From an uncultured Chloroflexia bacterium (lineage in GTDB: Bacteria > Chloroflexota > Limnocylindria > QHBO01), in the NCBI GenBank assembly GCA_963838125.1, contig CAWIPT010000004.1:78007-142006 (forward strand): a stretch of DNA of 64,000 nucleotides, read 5' to 3'. Below are positions 1 to 10,681 of this stretch, in pieces (the first letter of the stretch is position 1; each line of letters begins with the position of its first letter). The translations under genes were made by a program, and so were the position numbers. The notes beneath the pieces were generated by a model, which was given only the letters and a program-made list of their open reading frames with translations, ran no database searches and was not told the DNA's origin.

Positions 1-3000
1 CCGCCAGCGCCTTGTACCGAGCGCGTCCAGCAGGCTGGCTCTCGGCAGATCGAATCTGGTGCTTCGCGCACCAAGCGCTCGAGCTCCGGCAGCTCCTCGG
101 TCAACGGCTCGCCACGACAGGCCCGAATGACCAGCGCATTGCCGCCTAATGCGATTCGGTTGCTCCAGTCCAGATCTTCCACGTAGAGGGTGCTCGAGGG
201 TTGCCAGGCCCGTCGTCCCACTGACCGACGAGGAACTCGCTGAAGCCGACGTTGTTTGCAAGTCGCAGCAGCAGGCGACGGTCGCCGACGCGCTGAGCGA
301 TGGCAAGGCCTTCGCGCATGCCCTCCAGCGCGCGGACGGTGTCTGATTCGAGCTCCCAGTATGTGCGCGACAGGATCCCGCGGATCTGGATCGCGGTAAG
401 TCCCGCGTCGCGCGCCATGTCTTCGCCGGCGCGGATGACTCCAGTGCCCTCGCGAACACGGCCGAGACCGGCCAGTGCTGCCCCTTTCGTCATGAGGGCT
501 TGAGCGAGCGTCTCGGTGAGATCCTGGTGCTCTGCGACATCGAGCACTCGATCGGCCACGACGAGGCAATCCGCGAAGCGATTGGCGGCGAACACGTAGG
601 CGACGGCCAGCATGTCGTTCAGGGCGACGACCGATGGATCCGGCCAGAGGTCGTCGAACTCGGCCGCCGCGCGGCTCGAGGAGCTCGAGTGCGGCGTTCG
701 CCTCGTGCCCCCAGAGGAGGGCGGCGCCGAGCTTCGCTGTTCCTCGGGCCATCGCGACACGGTCGCCAATTGGCCGGTACGCTCGATCGCCCGCTGGGCA
801 AGCGCTTGGGCCTGCTCGAACTGCGCCCCGGCTTCGGCGGATTCGCTCGCCCGCTCCAGCATCTCGCCCTGCTCGGCGGGATCGGCGGTCACCGTCAGGG
901 CCTGCTCGAGAAACGCGACGGCCTGGTCGTGGGCGCCGAGGGCACCGCTCGGTCGGCCGCGCTCGCAGCGCGATTCGAGCCTGGGCGGCCAGGGCATCGG
1001 CCTCGCGCCCCGGGGGCCGCATTGGAATGCGCGGCGAGGTAATGGCCGGCCAGCGCACCCGCCAGCTCGTCCGAGCCCAGCGACTCGAAGTGGCGTGCGG
1101 CGGCGAGATGGCGGGTCTTGCGGTCCGCGCGGGCCAGAGTGTTGTACGCGACCTCACGGATGAGGGCCTGGACGAACGCGTATTGGCCGCGCTCCGGTGA
1201 ACGCGGATCGACCGACTGGACCAGGAGCTCCCGCCGAACGAGGTCGCGGAGCCGTGGCTCGAGCTCGGAGGGATCGAAACCGGACACGGCCGCGAGCCCG
1301 GCCAGGGTGAACGACTGGCCGAGGACGGCGGCGTCGTGGACCAGCCCGCGGTCGGCCGGCATCCAGGCCGTCGAGCCGCGCGGCGACGAGGGCGGTCAGG
1401 GTATCGGGGACGGCCAGGGCGGTCAGATCGCCATCGGGGCGTAGGCGCCATCTCGCTCGACCAGGCGTCCTTCGGCCAGGAGCATGCGGACCGTCTCGAC
1501 CGCATAGAGCGGGAATGCCATCGGCGCGGGCCACGATCGCGTCGGCGGCCGCGTCGGGCAGACCTGGGATGAGTCCGGCCAGGAGCTCGCGCATCGCTGG
1601 CTCGGGAAGCGGCTCGAGATACAGCGAGGTGAAGTGAGCGCTTGCCGGCTCCCCAATCGGTCCGCCGTTCGATGAGGTCAGGCCTCGCGAGGGTAACGAC
1701 GTAGATCGGCACGCCGCGGCTCCACTCCTGGAGGTGGTCGATGAAGTCGAGCGTCCCGAGTCGGCGAAGTGGAGGTCCTCGAAGACCAGGACGACCGGCG
1801 CACGTGGCCGCGATGCGCTCGAAGAACGTGCGCCACGCTGCGAACAGCTGGTCCGATGCGACCTCGGATTCCAGCCCGAGCAGCGACGAGAAGGGCAGGC
1901 TCGACCCAGTCACGTTCGGCCGGGTCATCGAGGTAGTCGGTGACCGCCTCACGCACCTTGGCGCGGGTGGTGGCCTCGTCATCGGTCTCGGCCAGCCCGC
2001 ACGCGCTCACGGACCATCTCGCCGAGGGCCCAGAACGTGATGCCTTCGCCATAGGCCGGCGAGCGGCCGCTGTGCCAGTACGTGTCCTCGACGATCCCGT
2101 CGACGTACTTGAGGAACTCCCACGCGAGCCGCGACTTGCCGATGCCGGCCGGACCGATGACCGACACCAGGCGCAGGCGGGCTCTCGCGCCGCGTCGCGA
2201 GGAACAGGTCCTTCAGGAGACGCAGCTCGTCGTCCCGCCCGACGAAGGGCGCCTCGAGGCCCTCCGAGCGGTTCCGTCCGCCGACCTCGGCCACAACGCG
2301 TAGCGCCCGCCACGCCGCCACTGGCGCCGCCTTCCCCTTGAGCGTCTGCTCACCGACCTCCTCGAAGGCGATAGCCCGGCTGGCAGCTCGCTGGGTCGCC
2401 TCCCCCACCAGGACTGATCCCGGTGGTGCCACCGACTGGAGTCGAGAGGCCGTGTTCACGAGATCCCCCGCGACCATCCCCTGGTTGACGGCGCCGACGC
2501 GTCACGGCCGCCTCGCCGGTCAGGATCCCGGCCCTGGCCTGGACGTCCGGACCGAGGACGCGGACCGCATCGACCAGCTCAAGCCCGGCCCGGACAGCCC
2601 GCTCGGCGTCATCCTCGTGGGCGATGGGCGCGCCCCACACCGCCATGACCGCGTCGCCGATGAACTTCTCGACCGTCCCCCCGTATCGGCCGATGACCTC
2701 CGTCGCAAGCTCGAAATAGCGAGTCAGGGTGTCGCGGACCTCTTCGGCGTCACGCTCCTCGGCGAACGGGGTGAAGCCGACCAGGTCCGCGAAGAGGACG
2801 CTGACGACGCGCCGTTCCGCGACTGGGCCCGACGTCTATTGCGCGTTGCAGCCGACGCGCCGGGGAGGCGGCGCCAGCGGTTGGCCGCAATCCGCGCAGA
2901 ACCGAGCGCCCGGCCGATTCGGCGGCACCGCAGTTCGGGCAGCCGGCGCTCAGACTCGCGCCGCAGTTGTCGCAGAACCGGCGACCGGCCTCGTTTTCCG

Positions 3001-3022
3001 TTCCGCAGTTGGCGCAGAGCAA
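1..3022 (-). pseudogene. Double zinc-ribbon / class III adenylate-guanylate cyclase / P-loop NTPase / TPR signalling protein; frame broken at least 8 times as assembled, 3' end runs off the left edge
   Basis: Consecutive minus-strand fragments: ORF 2750..3184 (LCANCGTENEAGRRFCDNCG then CPNCG), 2350..2646 plus upstream extension (ERRVVSVLFADLVGFTPFAE, AVMAVWGAPIAHEDD), 2007..2477 (GDLVNTASRLQ, FVGRDDEL), 1979..2167 (VIGPAGIGKSRL Walker A), 895..1362 (YAFVQALIREVAYNTL), 146..997 (helical repeats). Probable start TTG 3022 preceded by GGAGGA. Confidence 0.7.
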
Positions 3023-3087
3023 CAGGTCCTCCGTGGGTGAGCCGAAGAGGGTACCGGACCGGACCGAGTTTGCGGAACGCGTCAGTT

Positions 3088-3617
3088 CTATGACGAAAAC
3101 GGGCTTGGGCGATCCAGTGGTCGGCGGCCCAGGTGGCAAGGCCCCATAGGACGCTGATGAGCAGAGTCGCGACGAGGACGGCAATCCCCAGGACCAGGAT
3201 CTCGACTGTGACGCCCCGTCCCAGGACGAAGGTCACCAACCCGCCGAACACGATCGTCAGCCCGGACATGAACAGACCGATGCGCATGGCGGTGAGCACG
3301 AACCAGCGCGGGCCATGGCCCTGGGCGCGCCCGGTGAGCCACAGCACCATCGGCCCGGTGGCGCCGTACAGGGCGACGTAGAAGCCGAACCCGCTGAACA
3401 ACGCGTCGGGACCAAGTCGTTGGCCCAGGACCAGCCCCACCACCACCCACGAGGCGAGGAGCGCGGTCCCGGCGCCGACGGCGATCAGCCATACCAGCAG
3501 CAGCGTGGCCGTGCCGAACGAGAGGCGCTCGACGAGCTCGCCGTCATCGGTCTCCACCAGCTCAGTGGGGCTGTCCGGGCTCGGCTCGGGGTCGGTGGGT
3601 TCCGGTCCGCCGGTCAT
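3088..3617 (-). CDS. Integral membrane protein, 4-5 predicted TM helices, unknown function (3' end uncertain)
   Basis: First ~175 aa of ORF 2724..3617 are hydrophobic helices (LLLVWLIAVGAGTALLASWVVVGLVL, VLVLGIAVLVATLLISVLWGL). Beyond ~3090 the frame only shadows the cyclase gene. A stop exists at 3088 after a 1-nt shift. ATG 3617 lies in TGACCGATG. Confidence 0.45.
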
Positions 3618-3633
3618 CGGTCAGCCCGCCGGC

Positions 3634-4722
3634 TCAGGCCGAAGCGGAGCCCGCCGCCAGGGCCTGCTCCAGGTCGGAAACGAGGTCCTCCGCCGCTTCG
3701 ATGCCGACCGACAGCCGGATGAGATCTGCAGGCACTTCCAACGGAGAGCCGGCGACCGAGGCGTGGGTCATGACCGCCGGCACCTCGATGAGCGATTCGA
3801 CCGCGCCGAGCGACTCGGCCAGGGTGAATATCTTCGTCGCGCCCGCCACCAGCTTGGCCACCTCCCCGCCGCCGCGGACCTGGAACGAGAGCATGCCCCC
3901 GGGAAGCCGCATCTGTCGCCGGACGAGGTCGGCCTGTGGGTGTCCCGCGAGACCGGGGTAGTGAACGGCGGTCACGTCCGGCCGTTCGGAGAGCCACTCG
4001 CACAGGATCCCCGCGTTGGCACTGGCCCGGTCCATCCGCACGGCGAGGGTGCGGAGGCCGCGGAGCACGAGCCAGCAGTCGAACGGGCTGGGCACGGCGC
4101 CCGCCGCGTTCTGGTGGAAACGGAGGATCTCCGCCACGTCGCCGGATCGGGTGACGACCACGCCGCTCACCACGTCCGAGTGGCCGCCCAGGTATTTGGT
4201 GGCCGAGTGGAGGACGATGTCGGCGCCGAAGTCCAGCGGTCTCTGGAGGTACGGCGTGGCGAAGGTGTTGTCCACCACGGTCAAGGCGCCGGCGGTGGCC
4301 GCCAGGCGGGCGATGGCCCGGATGTCGACCACCTTCAGCAACGGGTTGGTGGGGCTTTCCAGCCAGATCATCCCGGTCTGCTCGTTCAGGGCAAAGGCCA
4401 CCGCGTCGAGGTCGCGCAGGTCGGCGACGTCCACCGGGACCCCATACCGGCTCCAGACCTTCTCTGCCAGCCGCCACGTGCCGCCGTACACGTCGTCGCC
4501 CAACAGGATCCGCTGGCCGGGCTGGAGCAGGTAGAGCAGGTTCTGGCTGGCGGCCAGGCCGCTCGCGTATGCCAGGCCATGGGCTCCCCCCTCAAGCTGG
4601 GCCACGGCCCGTTCGAGCGCCTCGCGGGTCGGGTTGCCGGACCGGCCGTAGTCATATCCGGCTCGGGGAACCCCTACCGCGTCCTGCTGGAAGGTGACGG
4701 CCTGTTGGATGGCGGGCACCAC
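3634..4722 (-). CDS. Cys/Met-metabolism PLP enzyme (cystathionine gamma-synthase / gamma-lyase family); true start probably upstream of 4722
   Basis: ORF 3634..4722: YGRSGNPTREALE, SATKYLGGHSDVVSG (PLP lysine), FTLAESLGAVESLIEVPAVMTH. In-frame FETLTVHAGFEPDEATGA continues up to the TAG at 4813-4815 without any ATG/GTG/TTG. Confidence 0.85.
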   Translation of the reverse strand: MVPAIQQAVTFQQDAVGVPRAGYDYGRSGNPTREALERAVAQLEGGAHGLAYASGLAASQNLLYLLQPGQRILLGDDVYGGTWRLAEKVWSRYGVPVDVADLRDLDAVAFALNEQTGMIWLESPTNPLLKVVDIRAIARLAATAGALTVVDNTFATPYLQRPLDFGADIVLHSATKYLGGHSDVVSGVVVTRSGDVAEILRFHQNAAGAVPSPFDCWLVLRGLRTLAVRMDRASANAGILCEWLSERPDVTAVHYPGLAGHPQADLVRRQMRLPGGMLSFQVRGGGEVAKLVAGATKIFTLAESLGAVESLIEVPAVMTHASVAGSPLEVPADLIRLSVGIEAAEDLVSDLEQALAAGSASA

Positions 4723-4812
4723 GGCGCCGGTGGCTTCATCGGGCTCGAAACCGGCGTGGACGGTGAGCGTCTCGAATTGGCGCTCGGCGCTGATCGCGCT
4801 GTGGCGGCAGCG

Positions 4813-7764
4813 CTACTGGACCCACATCTGGTCGAAGAGCGCCTCGTCGTGGCTGACTGGTAGTTGCCGACACGTTCGGCCGAATGCCCCGAGTTCCCAT
4901 CGTGCCAAGAGTGCCAGTCGACTGCCCGTGATCGAGCGCGGCCCACTCGTCACCGCGGCCGCTCGACCGTGCTGAGCTCCAGGCGCGTCGTCGCCGCGTC
5001 GAGTTCCTCGCGTGTTGATGACCGGCCGTCGCCGCCGCCCGCGACAGGTGCTCGGCCAGGTCCGACAGCCAGATCGAGACGCGCTGCCGAGCCCACGTCG
5101 ACTGCCGCGTCGTCGACCGTGTGTCGACGGACCTGATAGCCGAGTTCGTGAGCGAGGCGACGTGACATGTGGCCAGCGGCCGACGACGCCGGCCGACCAC
5201 GACCTCGGCCCCCGGCCGGGAGTCGACGAGCTCGCGCCCGTCAGTCGGGTGCGCCCAGCGGCCGCCCGCCGGGCCCGTGGGGGGGGGGAACGGTCACTCC
5301 CGGATGCTAGCGGGTGGACAGCCCCGCGGTTCCCGGACAGGTCAGAGTGGCTCGATCGATCGCGTAGTTGACCGCCTGGCGGGCATCAACATTGTCGAAC
5401 GGTGGAACCGATGCGTTCATATTGACGAGAGAGTCTGCACGGAGCCGACTTCCACTGACCGGGTATCGAGCCTGATCCGGAGATCATCGGGCGAGGTCGG
5501 CGGGAACCGCGGTACGAGGTGAAGTCCGCTTCGCCCGTTCACCGCCCAACGAGCTCGTCGCGCTGCTCGTCGCTGAGATCGTCGGTACCGGCGACGGCGA
5601 GATGATCTCGTCAGGGATCCGTTGGGCCGTACGGTGGCGTCGAGAGCCACCGCGGATTCCGCTCAAGCCGGACTTCTGCGGCAGTCACCTCCGCCACGAC
5701 ATAGGGACCCGTGCCCGGGAACGTGCCGGTAACGGGCCTACTCATGGGGATGCTGTCCGGAACCGGGAACGCGAACGGGAGGGCCAGCTTCGAGACGAAG
5801 TCGGGATCCGGAGCGTTCAGGTGGAACGTCACGATTCCGCCGTCATCGTCCGTCTCGATGCCGCCGGACAGATCGCATCGCTCCACGGGCGTCTCTTCGT
5901 CACCCGTCAGGCATGCCTCCGCGCCAACTATCCCAGCGTAGAAGAACCCGAGAACCCTATCGGCGCCACCTGGAAGCTGCGCTCGATTGCGCGCCTGAAG
6001 TCGAGGCTCTGACCGGCTCACCGGTCGAGTACTCGAGATCAGGCCGCAGTTGGAACGTGTAGGTGAGGCCGCCGTCGGTCGGGCGCGGCACGGTCGTCGC
6101 GAGCGCAGGCAACAGGACACCACCGGCAGAACCTCCCGCTCGTCGATATCCGACGAGGCCATCGGCCTGAAGACCCGGGATGTTGGGGGATCCCCACTCA
6201 AGCGGATCGAGCGCCAGGACATCAGTCGTGAGGACCCGCAGGGTGCCTCCCTGGTGGCTGGCCGGCGACGCCTGGGCAGCGAGCCACAGCTGCCCCTCGA
6301 CCTCGGTCAGGGCACCGACCGCGCTACCGGTTGACATCGGTTCGGGGAGCGCCGTCTGCTGGTCGGGTCGAGCTGATGGACCCGGCCATCCTGCGACCCG
6401 ACCCAGATCCAACCATGACTGGCGGCAATGGCGGTCAGCGGGCCGCCGACGTCAATCGTCGACATGATTCGGTTGGCCTCACGGTCGATCCGGGTGACCG
6501 TCCCGTCCGCGGCCGTGATCCATGCCGAATCGGCATCCAACGCGACACCGGTGGGCCGGACAGCCAGCTGGATGGGCGGCGAGGGTGGCTCCCGTCACCG
6601 GATCGAGCTGGCTGACCGATGCGCCGTCCTCGCTGACCACCCATACCGCGGTCGGGTCGGCCGCCAGCGCGATCGGGCCTGCGCCAACGCCGGTCGTGTG
6701 AAGCACCTCGCCCGTCTCGGCATCCACGGCGACGACCGTGCTGTCAGTGGAGTTGGCCACCCAAACGAGGGAGCCTGCGGCGGCGACGGCCGTTGGCCCG
6801 TTCCCGACGTGGATCGGCTCTCCGACCACGCGGCCAAGTTCGGCATTGATCCGGGTGATGGTTCGGTCGTCGCTGTTGGCAACCCATGCCGAGCCCTCGG
6901 CCACCGCATGCCCACCGGGGATCGACCAACGGCGATTCGAGTGATCACGGCCCCCGTCTCGGGGTCGATCTGGGAAACGCTGTCCTCGCCAGCGTTGGTG
7001 ACCCAGGCGAAGCCCTCGCCGAAGGCGATCCCACTCGGCCGCGCCCCAACCTGGATCTCCCCGATGACCTCGGCACGGGCAGTGTCGATGATTCCGACCG
7101 AGTTCTCGGTGACGCTGGCCAGTTCGGCGGGCTGCCAGGGTTTCCAGATCCACAGCCCCGCGGCCACCACCAGCACAACGACTCCCGCTGCGGCCCCCAT
7201 CGCGAGTCGAGGCCGGCGCTCCCAGATCGGACGCGACTGCGCGGTGCGAACGGCCACGGTCCGCCGTTCCCGGGCGGTCGCCTCGTTTCCGACCTGTGGC
7301 GCAGCCAGATCGGGACGCGAAACCTCGAACACCAGCCACTCGCCGGGCACGCCCTTGAGCTGATGCGATCCCCGTTCGCCAAACTGCAACCCTGCCCCCG
7401 CGGTGAGATCGCGGACCGTTGCCGAGACGAGCACATCGCCGGCGCCGCCCAGGGCCATGATCCGTGCGGCAATCGGCACGGCGATGCCGGTGACCTTGGC
7501 GCCCTCCCGCTCGACTTCGCCGACGTGGATCCCGGCGCGGATGTCAAGGCCGATCTCGCGCACCACGCGCGCTGCCTCCAGCACGCAATCGACGGCGGCG
7601 GCCGGCGCGTCGAAAATCGCGAAGAATCCGTCGCCCGCGGTGTCGATCTCTCGGCCGCCGTATTTTCGGAGAGCGGCGCGGATCGTCGTGTGATGGAGGC
7701 GCTCCAGCTCCCGCCATGTGGTCGAAGCTCCGCGGCGAGATCGGTGGAGCCAGATGTCGGTCAT
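4813..7764 (-). pseudogene. Class III adenylate cyclase / single TM / YVTN-type beta-propeller / family-5 solute-binding domain protein, frame broken at least 8 times
   Basis: ORF 6595..7764 (DTAGDGFFAIFD cyclase; TM AAAGVVVLVVAAGLWIW; propeller repeats). ORFs 6479..7339 and 6307..6540 (VWVANSTDSTVVAVDAETGEV, AWITAADGTVTRIDREANRI). ORFs 5957..6412 and 5611..6222 (SBP_bac_5-like GGLTYTFQLRPD, GTGPYVVAE). Then LNMNASVPPFDNVDARQAVNYAIDRATL (~5330-5420), LAHELGYQV, and VGNYQ..SHDEALFDQMWVQ-TAG ending at 4813. Confidence 0.7.
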
Positions 7765-7772
7765 GAGAGTCG

Positions 7773-9371
7773 TCAGGAAGGGTCAGGAGTGTGTAGGATG
7801 GGGGGGGTGTGGGAACGGGTGCGCGGGAAGCCGAGGTCGACCGTGCTGCTGCCGGGGTCGGGCCAACGTGCGGTGACCACCTTGGCCCGCGTGAAGAACT
7901 GGACGCCCTCCGGGCCGTACATGTGGAGGTCGCCGAACAACGAGCTCTTCCAGCCGCCGAACGAGTAGTAGGCCACCGGCACCGGGATCGGGACGTTGAT
8001 GCCGACCATTCCGACGCCGATATCGAACTGGAACTGGCGCGCCGCTCCGCCGTCCCGAGTGAAGATCGCCGTCCCGTTGGCGTAGGGGTTGTCGTGGATG
8101 ATGCCAACCGCATCGGTATAGCTGTCCGCGCGGACGACCTCCAGCACCGGGCCGAAGATCTCGTTCTGGTAGCAGTCCATGTCCGGCCGGACCTTGTCCA
8201 GCAGCGACACGCCAAGGAAGAAGCCCTGGCCGTCCTGGTACAGGGGGTGCTCGCGCCCGTCCACGACCAGGTCCGCACCCTGTTCCGGGCCGCTCTCGAG
8301 GTAGGAGGCCACCTTGTCGCGGTGCTCGCGGGTGATGAGCGGCCCCATCTCAGCCTCTGGATCCGACCCCGGCCCGACCTTGATCTTGGGCAGCCGCTCC
8401 CTGATGGCGTCCACCAGTGGCTCAGCCACATCCCCCACGGCCACCACCACGCTGATCGCCATGCACCGCTCGCCGGCCGAGCCGTAAGCGGCTGATACCG
8501 CGGCATCGGCGGCCATGTCGATATCGGCGTCGGGCAGCACGATCATGTGGTTCTTGGCACCACCCAGGGCCTGGACCCGCTTGCCGGCCTTCGTCCCCTG
8601 CTCGTAGATGTAGCGCGCGACCGGTGTGGAACCAACAAAGCTGACCGATGCGATGTCGGGGTGCTCCAGGATCCGATCCACCGCCACCTTGTCGCCCTGG
8701 ATAACGTTGAACACGCCATCCGGCACGCCGGCTTCGGCCAGCAGCTCCCCGAGATAGACCGATGCGGACGGGTCCTTCTCCGATGGCTTGAGGACGAAGG
8801 TGTTCCCGCACGCGATGGCGTTGGCGAACATCCACATGGGGACCATGGCCGGGAAGTTGAACGGGGTGATGCCTGCCGCCACGCCCAGAGGCTGGCGGAT
8901 CTGGTAGACGTCGATTCCGGTCGAGGCCTGTTCGCTGAACGACCCCTTCATCAGCTGCGGGATGCCGGTCGCGAACTCGAGGTTCTCGAGACCGCGAGCC
9001 ACCTCACCCAGGGCGTCAGTCGGTACCTTCCCGTGCTCGGCGGTCAAGTGCGCAGCGATGTCGGCCCGGTGCTGGTCGACCAGGTTCCGGATGCGGAACA
9101 TGATCTCGGTCCGCTTGCTGAGCGACGTCGCCCGCCAGGCGGGGAATGCGTCGTGGGCGGCCTTTACGGCGGCGTCGACCTCCTCGACCGATGCGAAGTC
9201 CACCTCGCGCGCCACCTCTCCGGTGGCCGGGTTGTACACCGGTCCCTGGCGTCCGCTGGTTCCGGGAACGCGTTTGCCGCCGATCCAGTGGTTGACACGA
9301 GGCAGATCGCTGTGTGCTGCCGATGCCGGCTGCGGCGGCTGCGCCGTTGTGGTCACCGGGGCAGGGTACAC
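7773..9371 (-). CDS. mmsA: Methylmalonate-semialdehyde dehydrogenase (CoA-acylating), aldehyde dehydrogenase family
   Basis: Intact 532-aa ORF: NHWIGGKRV, GITPFNFPAMVPMWMFANAIACGNTFVLKPSEKDP, AYGSAGERCMA, VGINVPIPVP. C-terminal tail after VDLGFP runs through a C8 tract (G8 on + strand 7800-7807) and may be artefactual. Confidence 0.9.
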   Translation of the reverse strand: MYPAPVTTTAQPPQPASAAHSDLPRVNHWIGGKRVPGTSGRQGPVYNPATGEVAREVDFASVEEVDAAVKAAHDAFPAWRATSLSKRTEIMFRIRNLVDQHRADIAAHLTAEHGKVPTDALGEVARGLENLEFATGIPQLMKGSFSEQASTGIDVYQIRQPLGVAAGITPFNFPAMVPMWMFANAIACGNTFVLKPSEKDPSASVYLGELLAEAGVPDGVFNVIQGDKVAVDRILEHPDIASVSFVGSTPVARYIYEQGTKAGKRVQALGGAKNHMIVLPDADIDMAADAAVSAAYGSAGERCMAISVVVAVGDVAEPLVDAIRERLPKIKVGPGSDPEAEMGPLITREHRDKVASYLESGPEQGADLVVDGREHPLYQDGQGFFLGVSLLDKVRPDMDCYQNEIFGPVLEVVRADSYTDAVGIIHDNPYANGTAIFTRDGGAARQFQFDIGVGMVGINVPIPVPVAYYSFGGWKSSLFGDLHMYGPEGVQFFTRAKVVTARWPDPGSSTVDLGFPRTRSHTPPILHTPDPS

Positions 9372-9506
9372 CGTCGCGCTTTCGAGGCCGTTCGGCCGAG
9401 AATTGGTGTGGCTCTAATGCTAACGGCGGTGTATTTTAGAGGCCGAACGCACGGCTGCGACGCAGCGGGCGCCGGCCGATTGCGGGGAGCGAAAGGTGGC
9501 AGCTCG

Positions 9507-9938
9507 ATGGAGCAGAAGAGCCTGTACGACCGACTGGGTGGCATCTTCGCCATCGCGGCGGTGGTCAACCACTTCAGCGACGCGCTGATCAAGAACCCGA
9601 TCGTTGGCCAGCAGTCTGAAAATCCACAGCTGCGCGAATGGCACACCGAACAGCTGGATCGGCTGCCAGGGCTGAAGTTCATGCGGACCCTGTGGGTCGC
9701 GCAGGTCAGCGGCGGGCCGTTCACCTACCAGGGCACGGAGCCGGGTCGCACCGCGCTCGGGCTCGAAGAGGCGCACCGCGAGTTCAAGATCACGCCGGCC
9801 GAGTTCGACGAGGTCGCCGCGGAGCTCGCCCGCACCCTGGACACCCTCGGCGTGCCCGAGCAGGAGAAGGGCGAGGTGCTGGCCGCCTTCGCCGCGCACA
9901 AGGACGAGGTCAACGAGGGAGCAATGGCAGCCGCCTGA
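9507..9938 (+). CDS. glbN: Truncated (2-on-2) hemoglobin, group I-like
   Basis: Last 143 aa of ORF 8547..9938 starting MEQKSLYDRLGGIFAIAAVVNHFSDALIKNP. ATG 9507 is preceded by GAAAGGTGG. The rest of the ORF is a shadow of mmsA. Confidence 0.8.
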   Translation: MEQKSLYDRLGGIFAIAAVVNHFSDALIKNPIVGQQSENPQLREWHTEQLDRLPGLKFMRTLWVAQVSGGPFTYQGTEPGRTALGLEEAHREFKITPAEFDEVAAELARTLDTLGVPEQEKGEVLAAFAAHKDEVNEGAMAAA

Positions 9939-10039
9939 GCCGCGGCGGCGGGGCCGCGAGGTCGGTGCCGTAACCTGACCGGCCTATCGCATCACTGACC
10001 GATCCCATCGTCGTTCCGTTCCCGCTCCGCGGGGAGTGG

Positions 10040-10681
10040 GTGGCTGCTCACACCCCGGCGCAGCGGGTGCCGAGCCATGGAACGGACCTGTTCGCGCAGA
10101 CATACGCCTACGACCTGGTCCGATACGACCCGGATCGGGCGGGCGCGTTCTACCGATCAGGGAATTTCCGGTATCTGACCCGCGGCGTGTCGTTGGAGGA
10201 GTGCTACGGGTACCGAGACCCGGTTCACGCGGTGTTCGACGGAACCGTTGTGCGCGCCTCCGACTCCATCCCGGACCGTCGTCGCGTCCAACTGTGGCTG
10301 GACCTGGGCAGGGTCATCTGGAACTCGATCAAGTTCAGCCTGGGCCAGACCGATCCATGGCCATTCGTGGGCAACCACGTGATGCTGCAGAGCGCGGAGC
10401 GCGACGACGTGTTGGCGATGTACGCCCATCTCGCCCAGGGGTCGGTACCGGTCAAGACGGGTGACACGGTGAAGGCGGGGGATCGTATCGGTCAGGTGGG
10501 CCACACCGGCAACTCCACCGCCCCGCACCTGCACTTCCAGCTGATGACCGACCCTGACCCGGCGACGGCCACCGGGCTGGCCGTGGCGTTCGCCGCCTAC
10601 GAAGAGCAGGACGGAGACACCTGGCGCCTGGTCGAGCGCGGCTTCCCACCCCACGACCGCCGGATCAGATCAGTCGACTGA
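10040..10681 (+). CDS. M23 (LytM-type) metallopeptidase family protein; N-terminus probably longer
   Basis: ORF 10040..10681: GDRIGQVGHTGNSTAPHLHFQL. In-frame PIVVPFPLRGEW lies upstream of GTG 10040; the only candidate start there is CTG 9995. Confidence 0.8.
   Translation: MAAHTPAQRVPSHGTDLFAQTYAYDLVRYDPDRAGAFYRSGNFRYLTRGVSLEECYGYRDPVHAVFDGTVVRASDSIPDRRRVQLWLDLGRVIWNSIKFSLGQTDPWPFVGNHVMLQSAERDDVLAMYAHLAQGSVPVKTGDTVKAGDRIGQVGHTGNSTAPHLHFQLMTDPDPATATGLAVAFAAYEEQDGDTWRLVERGFPPHDRRIRSVD

Noticed and set aside
5279-5288. G10 tract (and G8 at 7800-7807) as phase-variation switches
   Set aside because: Both lie in or at the edge of the already multiply broken cyclase gene, in an assembly with evident homopolymer length errors. 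Their lengths cannot be trusted. A G7 at 16830-16836 is in frame in the intact M20 gene.
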